Source of the DNA: an uncultured Acidobacteriota bacterium
GTDB lineage: Bacteria > Acidobacteriota > Thermoanaerobaculia > Gp7-AA8
Reading direction: 5' to 3'
Length of the DNA stretch: 64,000 nucleotides
NCBI GenBank assembly: GCA_963822445.1
Contig: CAWGHO010000003.1
Span: 1,056,001-1,120,000, forward strand
Position 1 is the first letter of the stretch. Each line of letters starts with the position of its first letter. Below the pieces are notes generated by a model. The model was not told the DNA's origin. It made no database searches and saw only the letters and a list, made by a program, of their open reading frames with translations. The position numbers and the translations under genes were made by a program. Positions 18,551 through 27,925 of the stretch are shown piece by piece.

Positions 18551-19842
18551 GTGCATCGCTGCCCGAGGAAGAAGAGCTAGAGAACCGCGCCCAGATCCCA
18601 ACGCCGCCGCGCGGGCCCATCGCGCGGACCTTCAGCGCACTCCACTACCGCGATTTCCGTCTGCTCTGGATCGGCGCGTTCACGTCGACAACCGGGACCT
18701 GGATGCAGACCGTGGCTCAGGGCTGGGTCGTCCTGACCATGACCAACTCCGCCTTCCTCCTCGGCGTCGACGGCTTTCTGTCGACCGGCCCGATGCTGGT
18801 CTTCTCGCTCTTCGGGGGCGTGGTCGCCGACCGCATCGAGCGCCGCAAGATCATGCTCTTCTCGCAGTACCTGCAGATGACCTTCGCGTTCATCCTCGCG
18901 GCGCTCATCTTTTCCGGCAACGTGAAGGTGTGGCACATCTTCCTGCTCTCGTTTCTGACCGGGAGCGCGCAGTCGTTCAGCGGACCGGCCTACATCTCGC
19001 TGCTGCCGCTGCTCGTCAAACGGGAAGACGTCTCCAACGCGATCGCGATGAACTCCATGCAGTTCAACCTCGCGCGCGTGGTCGGTCCGGTTCTCGCCGG
19101 CATCGCGCTGACCTCCCTCGGCGCCGCGGCCTGCTTCGGATTGAACGGCCTCTCCTTTCTCGCGGTCGTCGTCGCGCTGCTGTTGATCAAATCGCCGGTG
19201 ATGGACCGGCGGAGTGAGAAGCGGGGGATGGTCGAGGAGATGAAGGAAGGGTTCCGCTTCGTCGCCCGCCGGCCGACCCTGCAGCTGCTGACGTTTCTCG
19301 CGTTCGCGGGAACGTTCCTGGGGATGCCCATCATCACGTTCCTTCCCGTCGTGGCGAAGTCGATCTTCGGCCTCGGCGCGAAGGGCTACGCCTGGATGAT
19401 GACCACGTACGGCCTCGGATCGGTAACCGGTGCGCTGGTGATTGCCGCAACCGCGCATCTCCCGCGAAAGGGCGCTGTCGCGCTGAAGCTGCAGCTCGCG
19501 TTCGCCTGTCTGCTCGTGGCGTTCGCCTTCTCGCGTTCGCTGCCGCTCAGCCTCGTCATCTCCTTCTGCGCGGGCATCTGCATCGTCGGGGTGATCTCGC
19601 TGTACAGCTCCCTCGTTCAGCTGACCACGAGCGACGACATGCGCGGCCGGGTCATGTCCATCTTCATGCTCGCCTTCCGCGGCGGCATGCCCCTCGGCAA
19701 CCTGATCGCGGGCTTCGTGGCGGAGAAGTGGTCGATCTCGACCGCGCTCGCGGTAAACGGCGCGATTCTGGCGATGGTGGCCCTCTGGTTCATCGTGCGG
19801 GGGACGAAGCTGGATGCGGCGGCGGGGGGAGCGACGGCGTAG
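18547..19842 (+). CDS. MFS transporter (MFS_3/EntS-like)
   Basis: About 12 TM; FRLLW, GGVVADRIERR, MRGRVMS; ATGA overlap with ruvC. Confidence 0.9.
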   Translation: MSASLPEEEELENRAQIPTPPRGPIARTFSALHYRDFRLLWIGAFTSTTGTWMQTVAQGWVVLTMTNSAFLLGVDGFLSTGPMLVFSLFGGVVADRIERRKIMLFSQYLQMTFAFILAALIFSGNVKVWHIFLLSFLTGSAQSFSGPAYISLLPLLVKREDVSNAIAMNSMQFNLARVVGPVLAGIALTSLGAAACFGLNGLSFLAVVVALLLIKSPVMDRRSEKRGMVEEMKEGFRFVARRPTLQLLTFLAFAGTFLGMPIITFLPVVAKSIFGLGAKGYAWMMTTYGLGSVTGALVIAATAHLPRKGAVALKLQLAFACLLVAFAFSRSLPLSLVISFCAGICIVGVISLYSSLVQLTTSDDMRGRVMSIFMLAFRGGMPLGNLIAGFVAEKWSISTALAVNGAILAMVALWFIVRGTKLDAAAGGATA

Positions 19843-19847
19843 GGATG

Positions 19848-19942
19848 GAGCGCCGGCGTCCGCGCCGGCTGGTCCGCCGGCGTCCCGCCGGCATGAGGCC
19901 CGCGAGACGCGGGCGCAACAGCCGCCGCGACGGCGGCGCTCC
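19848..19942. repeat. REP-like palindromic cluster (GGAGCGCC...GGCGCTCC)
   Basis: Terminal IR enclosing GCCGGCGTCCCGCCGGC-type hairpins; related to 40836-40935. Confidence 0.65.
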
Positions 19943-20026
19943 TCACCTTCCCGCCTGCCAGTCCCCCGTCCTATACAATCCGCCCCCGCGCGGCCTGCAA
20001 TCTGCATTTCCCCGCGCGTGTCAGGA

Positions 20027-21079
20027 ATGCCAAAAGCCAAGAAAGAAAGCAGTTCCGCTGTCGCTGATCCCGCCTGTGCGCCGGAGTGGACCGATCTCCT
20101 CCGGCAGATGATCTTCATTCGGCGCTTCGAGGAAGCGACCGAAGCCGCGTTCCGGCGGGGCAAGATCGGCGGGTATCTTCACGTCTACATCGGCCAGGAA
20201 GCCATCGCCTCCGGCATCATCAGCGCGCTCAAACCGGGCGACGCCGTCTTCTGCGGCTATCGCGATCACGCCCAGGCCCTGGCCCTCGGATCCGACCCCG
20301 GAAAAGTCATGGCCGAGCTTTACGGCAAAGGCACCGGCGTCTCGAAGGGCAAGGGCGGCTCGATGCACCTCTTCGACGCCGAGCACGGCCTGTACGGCGG
20401 CTACGGCATCGTCGGCGGACATCTGACCCTCGCCGCGGGCGCCGCGTATTCATTGCGCTATCAGGACACCGATCGAATCGCGGTCTGCTACTTCGGCGAC
20501 GGGGCGATGAACATCGGCTCGTTCCACGAGGCCATGAACATGGCCGGTCTGTGGGGACATTCGGGCATGTGCCCGACGCTGTTCATCATCGAGAACAACG
20601 GCTACGCGATGGGCACCTCGATCGAGCGCCATTCCGCGCTCACCGATCTCGCCGCACGCGTTCGCGCCTACGACATTCAGACGGAGAAGGTCGACGGCCA
20701 GGACATCTTCGCGGTGCGCGGCGCGGCCGATCGCATCGTCCGCCAGATTCGCGAGACCGGAAAACCGTACTGCCTCGAGGTGATCACGTATCGCTTCTCG
20801 GGCCACGGCGCGGCGGACATCCTGCAACCCTATCGATCGAAGGAAGAAGTCGAAAAACAGAAGAATCGCGACCCGATCACCATCCTCCGCAACCGTCTCT
20901 CCGAAGTCTGCGGGCTCGGCGAAGACGACGTGAAGGCGATGGAAGACGAGGCCGCGGAGATGGTCGCGGCCGCGGTGAAGTTCGCCGAGGAAAGTCCGGT
21001 GCCGGCGCCTGAAGAGTTGTTTGCCGACGTCGTTGCGGAGCATGGCCCACGGCCGATGAGTGAGAGTGAGCATGAGTGA
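20027..21079 (+). CDS. pdhA: Pyruvate dehydrogenase E1 alpha subunit
   Basis: GYLHVYIGQEA, YRDH, GKGGSMH, TPP motif GDGA..NN, TYRFSGH; start ATG 20027 or GTG 20018. Confidence 0.92.
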   Translation: MPKAKKESSSAVADPACAPEWTDLLRQMIFIRRFEEATEAAFRRGKIGGYLHVYIGQEAIASGIISALKPGDAVFCGYRDHAQALALGSDPGKVMAELYGKGTGVSKGKGGSMHLFDAEHGLYGGYGIVGGHLTLAAGAAYSLRYQDTDRIAVCYFGDGAMNIGSFHEAMNMAGLWGHSGMCPTLFIIENNGYAMGTSIERHSALTDLAARVRAYDIQTEKVDGQDIFAVRGAADRIVRQIRETGKPYCLEVITYRFSGHGAADILQPYRSKEEVEKQKNRDPITILRNRLSEVCGLGEDDVKAMEDEAAEMVAAAVKFAEESPVPAPEELFADVVAEHGPRPMSESEHE

Positions 21080-22061
21080 GAAGTCGTACCGCGACGCGAT
21101 TCGCGAAGCGATGATGGAGGAGATGGACCGCGACCCGAACGTCCTGATCATGGGTGAGGACATCGGCGTCTACGAAGGCACCTTCCGCATCACCGCGGGC
21201 ATGTTGAAAAAATACGGACCGAAGCGGGTCATCGACACGCCGATCGCCGAAGCGGGCATGGTCGGCACAGCGGTGGGAATGGCCATGCTCGGACTTCGGC
21301 CGATCGTCGAGATGATGACCGTCAACTTCTCGATCGTCGCCGCCGACCAGATCGTCAATCACGCGGCGAAGATCCGCTACTTCTCCGGCGGGCAGGTCGA
21401 CATCCCCGTCGTCGTCCGCGGACCGCAGGGCGCGGGCGTGCAGTTGTCCGCGCAGCACTCGCAGTCGTTCGAGTCGTTTTACGGACACTTCCCGGGCATT
21501 CACGTCGTCGCGCCGGCAACGCCCGCGGACGCGAAGGGCATGCTCAAGACCGCGATCCGCGGCAAGGATCCGGTGATGTTCCTCGAGAGCGCGGCGCTCT
21601 ACGGGATGAAAGGCGAAGTGCCGGACGATCCCGATTTCACGGTGCCGTTCGGCAAGTCGCGCGTGGCGCGCGAAGGCAGCGACGTCACCATCGTCTCGTA
21701 CAGCCGCATGCTCCAGCTCTCGCTGATCGTCGCTGACAAGCTTTCGAAAGAGGAAGGCATCGAGTGCGAGGTCATCGACCTCCGCTCCCTCCGTCCGCTG
21801 GACATGGATCCGGTTTACGCATCGGTGTCGAAGACGCATCGCGCGGTGGTCGTGCAGGAGCAGTGGAAGCTGTACGGCGCGGCCGCGGAGATCGCGGCGA
21901 GCATCACCGAGGCGATGTTCGACGAGCTCGATGCGCCGGTAGCGCGCGTGACTGGCGAGGATGTGCCGATGCCCTACGCGCGCAATCTGGAGCTGCTGGC
22001 GACGCCGCATGAAGAGCACATCGCGCGAGCGGTCAAGAAAGTGATGTACGCGAATGGCTGA
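21072..22061 (+). CDS. pdhB: Pyruvate dehydrogenase E1 beta subunit
   Basis: GEDIG, DTPIAE, AQHSQ, DLRSLRPLD, DVPMPYA. Confidence 0.93.
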   Translation: MSEKSYRDAIREAMMEEMDRDPNVLIMGEDIGVYEGTFRITAGMLKKYGPKRVIDTPIAEAGMVGTAVGMAMLGLRPIVEMMTVNFSIVAADQIVNHAAKIRYFSGGQVDIPVVVRGPQGAGVQLSAQHSQSFESFYGHFPGIHVVAPATPADAKGMLKTAIRGKDPVMFLESAALYGMKGEVPDDPDFTVPFGKSRVAREGSDVTIVSYSRMLQLSLIVADKLSKEEGIECEVIDLRSLRPLDMDPVYASVSKTHRAVVVQEQWKLYGAAAEIAASITEAMFDELDAPVARVTGEDVPMPYARNLELLATPHEEHIARAVKKVMYANG

Positions 22062-23352
22062 AATCATCATGCCGAAGATGGGCGACGCGATGACCGAGGG
22101 GAAGGTCGTCCGCTGGTACAAACAGCCGGGCGATGCGGTCAAGAAAGGGGAGGCCGTCGCGGAGATCGAGACCGACAAGGTAAACCTCGATCTCGAAGCC
22201 GAAGGCTCCGGAACCCTCGGCGAGCACGCCGCCAAAGAAGGGGAAGTCGTGCAGGTCGGCGGCCTCCTGGCGAACATCCTCGCCGAGGGCGAAAAGGATG
22301 CGCCGCGCGAAGAAAAGGCCGCGCCTGCGCCTGCGCCCGAAAAGAAAGAAGAGTCCGCGGCGGACTCGCAGCAGCGACGCTCCACCGACAAGAAAGACAG
22401 CGTCAAGCACACCACCGGCGAGTATCACGAGGCCATCGAACAGAAAGGCCCGCGGCGCGATCGCACCGCACCCGAGCCGGAATCGAACGTCGTCCCCATG
22501 GAGTCCGAAGGCGGACGCCGCCGGTCATCACCGCTCGCGCGAAAGATGGCCAGCGAGATGGGTGTGAGTCTCGACAAGGTCCAGGGCAGCGGACCGCGTG
22601 GCCGGATCGTCGCGGCAGACGTCAAGAACAGCCGCAACGTAGAGCAGACACTCATGTCTGCGCCTTCGGCTGAAACGAAGATCATCCCGCTCACGGCGAT
22701 GCGCCGCACGATCGCCAAGCGCCTCGCCGAGTCAACCGGACCGATCCCGCATTTCTACCTGACCGCCGACTACGACGTGACCAACCTCGTCTCCGCGCGG
22801 CAGCAGGTGATTGACATCAGCGGCTCGAAAGTGAGCCTGAACGATTTTGTGGTGCGCGCGGTCGCGCTGGCGCTGCGTCATCACCCGAACGTCAACGCCT
22901 CGTGGGGTGAAGACGCGATCACGCAGCATGGCGACGTGCATGTCGGCATCGCCGTGGCCACGCCGGACGGCTTGATCACGCCGGTGATCCGCAACGCCGA
23001 TCAGAAATCCGTCGTCGACATCGCCGCGGAGATCCGCGCGCTCGCCGACAAGGCCAAGAACCGCAAGCTCAAGCCGGACGAATACCAGGGCAGCACCTTC
23101 ACCATCTCCAACCTCGGCGCCTGGGGCATCGAGGAATTCACGGCGATCATCAATCCGCCGAACGCGGCGATCCTGGCCATCGGAGCCGCGGAAGCCCGTC
23201 CGGTTGCGGATGCGAACCGGCAGATCGTGATCCGGGACCGGATGAAAGTGACCATGTCCTGCGATCACCGCATCGTCGACGGCGCGGCCGGCGCGGAGTT
23301 TCTCAAAACGTTGCGGCAGTACATCGAGCAGCCGCTGCGGCTGTTGATGTGA
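22054..23352 (+). CDS. pdhC: Dihydrolipoamide acetyltransferase (E2)
   Basis: Lipoyl motif EIETDK; E3-binding SPLARK..GSGPRGRI; catalytic DHRIVDG. Confidence 0.93.
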   Translation: MAEIIMPKMGDAMTEGKVVRWYKQPGDAVKKGEAVAEIETDKVNLDLEAEGSGTLGEHAAKEGEVVQVGGLLANILAEGEKDAPREEKAAPAPAPEKKEESAADSQQRRSTDKKDSVKHTTGEYHEAIEQKGPRRDRTAPEPESNVVPMESEGGRRRSSPLARKMASEMGVSLDKVQGSGPRGRIVAADVKNSRNVEQTLMSAPSAETKIIPLTAMRRTIAKRLAESTGPIPHFYLTADYDVTNLVSARQQVIDISGSKVSLNDFVVRAVALALRHHPNVNASWGEDAITQHGDVHVGIAVATPDGLITPVIRNADQKSVVDIAAEIRALADKAKNRKLKPDEYQGSTFTISNLGAWGIEEFTAIINPPNAAILAIGAAEARPVADANRQIVIRDRMKVTMSCDHRIVDGAAGAEFLKTLRQYIEQPLRLLM

Positions 23353-23389
23353 ATTCGGGCATACTGGCCGTCCGAAAGGATTCCCCAAT

Positions 23390-24478
23390 TTGAAACTCGC
23401 GGTCACCATCGCCGCACTCTTCCTCTCCATCCTCCCGGCCCTCCCCGCTGACGCCTACTGCACGCTCAATCTGCGCTACCAGAACGGCTCGCTCGTCTGG
23501 GATCGCGTGGAGGGAACCACGGAGTACTGGGTGCTCGAGGCTTTTGGCGATCCGATCGTCTACCGCCACTACAACGTCCGCGGCACGGCGATGGCTGTCG
23601 CGCATCGATCGAGCGCCGGGACGAACGTGCGTTACACGGTCACAGCGGTGCTGCCGATCGGTGTCCGCGGTCTTGTCGAGGAAGAGCCGCCGCCGCTGAC
23701 CGGAGAAGGAACGGATGCCTGCGCGGCGACGATCACCGTGCCGATGCCCGCGGATCCCGCATTCCGGAAACTCACGCGCCGGGCCATCCTTCCGGTGGTC
23801 GGATCGACGCCGGGCTCGTTCGGCGGAAAGTTCAAGACCTCATTGATCCTCAGGCCGTTCGCGTCGAACCAGCGCGGGCGGCTGATCTTTCATTCCGCGG
23901 GACAGGTCGCGTCGGATTCCGATCCATCGATCCCGTATTCGTTCGATACCGGAGTCGCGCTGGCGTTCGATGACGTCGTCGCGGCGATCGGGCAGAGCGG
24001 CATCGGCTCGCTGGACATCGTCCCCGACGAGGATGCCTCGTCGTTCGTCCCGAGCATCGAAGCCCGTCTCTACAACGACACGTCGATCGGCACGTTCGGC
24101 ACGCTCGCGGCGGCAACGTATCCCTTCGACTATCTCCGGCCGCCGGCGATGGAGGTGGTGATTCCGGAGAACGACCGCTCGCGAGTCAACATCGGCTTCC
24201 GGACGCTGACCGAGACGAAGATGCGGATTTTCGTCTACGCTCCCGACCTCAGGCTGTTGTCATTTCACGACGTGACCTACCCCGCGGGCTGGATGCAGAT
24301 GACCTCCGCGAACGACTTCGCCGGCAAGACGCTGACGAAGGGGCAGGTCGTGCAGGTGCAGTTCACCGGTTCGGTCATTCCTTTCTACACGGTGACCGAG
24401 AACTCGACGAATGATCCGACGCTGATCGTGGTGTCGCCGAGGAGCTCTTCGAAGAATGTCGGCTCGTACGTGGATTAG
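23390..24478 (+). CDS. Secreted beta-rich hypothetical protein
   Basis: Signal peptide; C-terminal domain from ILPVVGSTPGSFGGKFKTSL to ENSTNDPT. Confidence 0.8.
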   Translation: MKLAVTIAALFLSILPALPADAYCTLNLRYQNGSLVWDRVEGTTEYWVLEAFGDPIVYRHYNVRGTAMAVAHRSSAGTNVRYTVTAVLPIGVRGLVEEEPPPLTGEGTDACAATITVPMPADPAFRKLTRRAILPVVGSTPGSFGGKFKTSLILRPFASNQRGRLIFHSAGQVASDSDPSIPYSFDTGVALAFDDVVAAIGQSGIGSLDIVPDEDASSFVPSIEARLYNDTSIGTFGTLAAATYPFDYLRPPAMEVVIPENDRSRVNIGFRTLTETKMRIFVYAPDLRLLSFHDVTYPAGWMQMTSANDFAGKTLTKGQVVQVQFTGSVIPFYTVTENSTNDPTLIVVSPRSSSKNVGSYVD

Positions 24479-24515
24479 TTGGCCGATATCCTTGTTACAC
24501 TAGCCGCATCCCCGA

Positions 24516-24668
24516 ATGCCGAGCACCCACGAGCTCCTCATTCTTCTCGTCGCCATCTTCGCAATCTGGATTGTGCTGAAGCTGGCGCGCATCGCGATCC
24601 GGGTGATTTTCTTCTTCATCACGATCGCGGTCGTATTGGGTGTGCTCTGGTTCGTCTTCGCGAGGTGA
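24516..24668 (+). CDS. Small two-TM membrane protein (50 aa, absent from the ORF track)
   Basis: MPSTHELLILLVAIFAIWIVLKLARIAIRVIFFFITIAVVLGVLWFVFAR*; TACACT upstream; ends 4 nt before the next start. Confidence 0.75.
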   Translation: MPSTHELLILLVAIFAIWIVLKLARIAIRVIFFFITIAVVLGVLWFVFAR

Positions 24669-24672
24669 CTGG

Positions 24673-25134
24673 TTGAGCGATCGCAAATACAAGCATCAAG
24701 GCTATCAGGACGGCGGCGGGTACTCGAAGTCCGGCGGGCAGTCGCAGCGTCCGATGGGACCGCGTCCCGACCCGAGACCGGAACGGATGGAAGGCGCGCC
24801 GCGCGGCCGTACCGCCGGCGGCTTCGGCCCCGAAGCATTCAAGTGCAACAAGTGCGGGGAGGGTCGGGTCACGCTCGACGCGCTGACGCCGCAGGACGCC
24901 TGCATGAAATGCGGCGCCGATCTCCACACCTGCGGCAACTGCCGCTTCTTCGACACGATGACGCTCTGGGAGTGCCGCGAAAACATCCCCGCCCGCGTGG
25001 TCGGCAAGCACGTCAAAAACGAATGCACGTTCTTCCAGCCCAAGATCGTCCGCGACCTGGCCGCCGACAAAGGCCGGCAGCCGGTGACGCCGGATGACGC
25101 GCGAACGGCGTTTGATGCGCTGTTCAAAAAGTGA
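24673..25134 (+). CDS. Cys-rich putative zinc-binding protein
   Basis: TTG start (MSDRKYKHQGYQD); CNKC, CMKC, CGNC plus two more Cys; C-terminus ARTAFDALFKK. Confidence 0.8.
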   Translation: MSDRKYKHQGYQDGGGYSKSGGQSQRPMGPRPDPRPERMEGAPRGRTAGGFGPEAFKCNKCGEGRVTLDALTPQDACMKCGADLHTCGNCRFFDTMTLWECRENIPARVVGKHVKNECTFFQPKIVRDLAADKGRQPVTPDDARTAFDALFKK

Positions 25135-25230
25135 GTTACGGGGTTACGAGGTTTCGGGGTTACGAGGTGTCCATCTCGGACCGACTTCTTCTTCCACCCC
25201 GTAACCTCGAAACCTCGTAACCCCCGCAAC
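25135..25230. repeat. Inverted array of 8-mer tandem repeats (GGTTACGR/GGTTTCGR)
   Basis: About four units, a spacer, then about four reverse-complement units; related copy at 53141-53240. Confidence 0.85.
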
Positions 25231-25231
25231 G

Positions 25232-26737
25232 ATGCCCGTCCGCGTTCTCCTCTCAATCACGAGCGGCGCCCTCTTCGCGCTCGCCTTCCCCGACGCCGCA
25301 GTCGGCTGGCTTGCGTTCATTGCGCTGGCGCCGTTGCTCGTTGCGGTGGTGCGCGCGAAGAGTACGCGGGAGTCGTTTCTTCTGGGGTGGGTGACGCAGA
25401 CCACGGCATGGCTGATCATGGTTCCGTGGGTGGTGCGGGTGATGTCGCACTACGGCGGGCTGCCGTACTTTCTCGGGGTCGTGCTGTTCGTGGCCATGGC
25501 CTCGATTCTCGGGCTGTACGGCGGGCTGTTCGCGTTCATCGTCCGCCGGTTGAACCTGGGGATCGCGTTTCTGCCGTGGCTATTCGTTCCGTTGGCCTGG
25601 GCTGCGATCGAGTTTGCGCGCACCTATCTGCTGACCGGATTTCCGTGGAATCTCATCGCCACGTCGATCGTCGACTACACGGCGCTGATCCAGATCGATC
25701 GCTTCGGCGGTCCGTACTTCGTCGGCGCGCTGGTCGTCTTTCCTTCGGTCGTCGTCGCGTGGTGGATCACCCAGAAGCCGGCGCAGATCGCGAAAGTGCT
25801 GGTCGGCGGGTCGCTCGGGATTCTGGCGCTGGTGTGGTGGGGGACCGGGCTGGTCGCGTCGAAGCTGATCGCCCGGCCGAATGCGACGCCGGCCATCACC
25901 GCGGCGCTGCTACAGCCGAACATCTCCCAGGAAATGCGCTGGGACGACGAGAACGTCCTGGCCATCTACCAGAAGATGATCGCCATGACCGAGCGCGCGG
26001 CCGACAACGGCGCGAAGGTCGTGGTCTGGCCGGAATCGACGGTGCCGCTGTCGTACACGCAGACCGCGTTCTACCGAGAGTCGATCGAGCAGCTCTCCCG
26101 CACCCGCAACATCGACATCATCCTCGGATCCGTCGCAACCGATCCCACGCAGCCGAACCGGATCTGGAACTCGGCCTTCCTGGTGAGCAGCGGCATCACC
26201 ATCGGCCACTACGACAAGATCCGCCTCGTTCCCTTCGGCGAGTACGTGCCGTTGCGGCGCGTGCTCTTCTTCGCGGAGAAACTCGTACGCGCCGTGGGTG
26301 AGTTCGAGTTCGGCTCGAACGAAGCGCCGCTCGGCGGATTGCTGAAGTACGGCCCGGCCATCTGCTACGAGATCGTCTATCCCCAGATCACCCGCACGCA
26401 GATCCGCAACGGCGCGGATGTGCTGCTGACGATCACCAACGACGCCTGGTACGACGGCACGTCAGCGCCGGCGCAGCATCTCGCGCAGGCGCGGCTCCGC
26501 GCGGTCGAAGGCGATCGCTATCTGCTTCGCGCGGCCACCACCGGCATCTCCGCGTACATCGATCCCACGGGCCGCGTGCTCGAGTCGATCCCCATGGGAC
26601 GGGACGGGATCATTTACGCGAAGTTCCAGCCGCGCACGGCCATGACGCCGTATGTCCGGTTCGGCGACTGGTTTGCGTGGGTCGCGGTGGTCGTGGTACT
26701 CATCGCCGCCGTTGTACGGCGGCGAAATGCAGAATGA
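25232..26737 (+). CDS. lnt: Apolipoprotein N-acyltransferase
   Basis: TGFPW, QPNI, WPES, YDKIRLVPFGEYVP, ICYE, TNDAW. Confidence 0.96.
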   Translation: MPVRVLLSITSGALFALAFPDAAVGWLAFIALAPLLVAVVRAKSTRESFLLGWVTQTTAWLIMVPWVVRVMSHYGGLPYFLGVVLFVAMASILGLYGGLFAFIVRRLNLGIAFLPWLFVPLAWAAIEFARTYLLTGFPWNLIATSIVDYTALIQIDRFGGPYFVGALVVFPSVVVAWWITQKPAQIAKVLVGGSLGILALVWWGTGLVASKLIARPNATPAITAALLQPNISQEMRWDDENVLAIYQKMIAMTERAADNGAKVVVWPESTVPLSYTQTAFYRESIEQLSRTRNIDIILGSVATDPTQPNRIWNSAFLVSSGITIGHYDKIRLVPFGEYVPLRRVLFFAEKLVRAVGEFEFGSNEAPLGGLLKYGPAICYEIVYPQITRTQIRNGADVLLTITNDAWYDGTSAPAQHLAQARLRAVEGDRYLLRAATTGISAYIDPTGRVLESIPMGRDGIIYAKFQPRTAMTPYVRFGDWFAWVAVVVVLIAAVVRRRNAE

Positions 26738-26804
26738 AGAATGCAGAATGCAGAATTGAAGGAGAGGTTTTTTTCTGCATTCTGCATTTTGCATTCTGCA
26801 TTTC
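26724..26804. repeat. Inverted array of 7-mer repeats (AATGCAG/CTGCATT)
   Basis: GAAATGCAGAATG...CATTCTGCATTTC; the array supplies the lnt stop codon. Confidence 0.85.
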
Positions 26805-26816
26805 TTCGGACTACCT

Positions 26817-27921
26817 ATGAACGACAACACACACGAAAAGATCACCGACCTCCGCAACCGACTCCGCTCCGTCCGGAGCTATCTTTGACCTAGCCTCCGC
26901 GAAACGCGCGCTCGATGAAGTCGAGCGCGAGATGTCGGCGCCGGGCTTCTGGGACCATCCCGAAAACGCGCAGGAAGTGGGCCGCAAGCGCGCCCGCGTG
27001 GAGAAGCGCATCGAGACGGGCACGTCCATCGAATCGAAGTCCGAAGAGCTCGACGTCCTTCTCGACCTGCAGAAGGAAGGGGAGAGCGTCGACGCCGACA
27101 TCGAATCGCTCGTCGATCAGCTGGAGAAGGAGATCAACTCCATCGAGCTGACCATGAAGCTTTCCGGCGAGCACGATCTCCGCGACTGCATCGTCAGCAT
27201 CCATCCCGGCGCGGGCGGGACGGAATCCCAGGACTGGGCGGAGATGCTGCTGCGCATGTACCTCCGCTACTGCGAGCGCAAGGGCTGGTCGGCGGAAGAG
27301 ATCGACTACCAGGCCGGCGAAGAGGCGGGGATCAAGAGCGCGACGATCATGGTCCGCGGCGATTACGCGTACGGCTATCTGAAAGCGGAGACGGGCGTTC
27401 ATCGCCTGGTGCGCATCTCGCCGTACGACGCGGCGAAGCGGCGGCACACGTCGTTCGCATCGGTGCTGGTCTATCCCGACATCGACGACTCGATCGACAT
27501 CGAGATCAACGACAAGGACCTTCGCGTCGATACGTATCGTTCCTCGGGCGCCGGCGGGCAGCACGTCAACGTCACCGATTCGGCGATCCGCATCACCCAC
27601 ATCCCCAGCGGCATCGTGGTGACTTGCCAGAACGAGCGCAGCCAGCACAAGAACCGCGCGACGGCGATGCATCTGCTCAAGGCACGGCTGTATCAACAGG
27701 AGTTGGAGAAGCGGAAAGAGGAGCAGTCGAAGCTGGAAGGGGAGAAGAAGGACATCGGCTTCGGCTCGCAGATCCGCTCGTACGTCCTCCAGCCGTATCA
27801 GCTGATCAAGGACGTGCGCACCGGTTACGAGGTCGGCGACCCGCAGCGTGTGCTCGACGGCGATCTCGACGGATTCATCGAGGCCTACCTCTCCGCGCAG
27901 GCGCGAAAGACGGCGGACTAG
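26817..27921 (+). CDS. prfB: Peptide chain release factor 2 with programmed +1 frameshift
   Basis: MNDNTHEKITDLRNRLRSVRSYL then CTT-TGA-C at 26883-26889 with SD-like GGAG upstream; +1 frame joins ORF 26932; SPY and GGQ motifs. Confidence 0.95.
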
Positions 27922-27925
27922 GCCC

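Noticed and set aside
20027-23352. pdh operon lacking E3 (lpdA)
   Set aside because: E3 is commonly encoded elsewhere
25135-25230. Repeat arrays as CRISPR
   Set aside because: Units are 7-8 nt, tandem and inverted, with no unique ~30-nt spacers and no cas genes
26817-27921. prfB as truncated or frameshift-damaged
   Set aside because: Canonical CTT-TGA-C programmed frameshift
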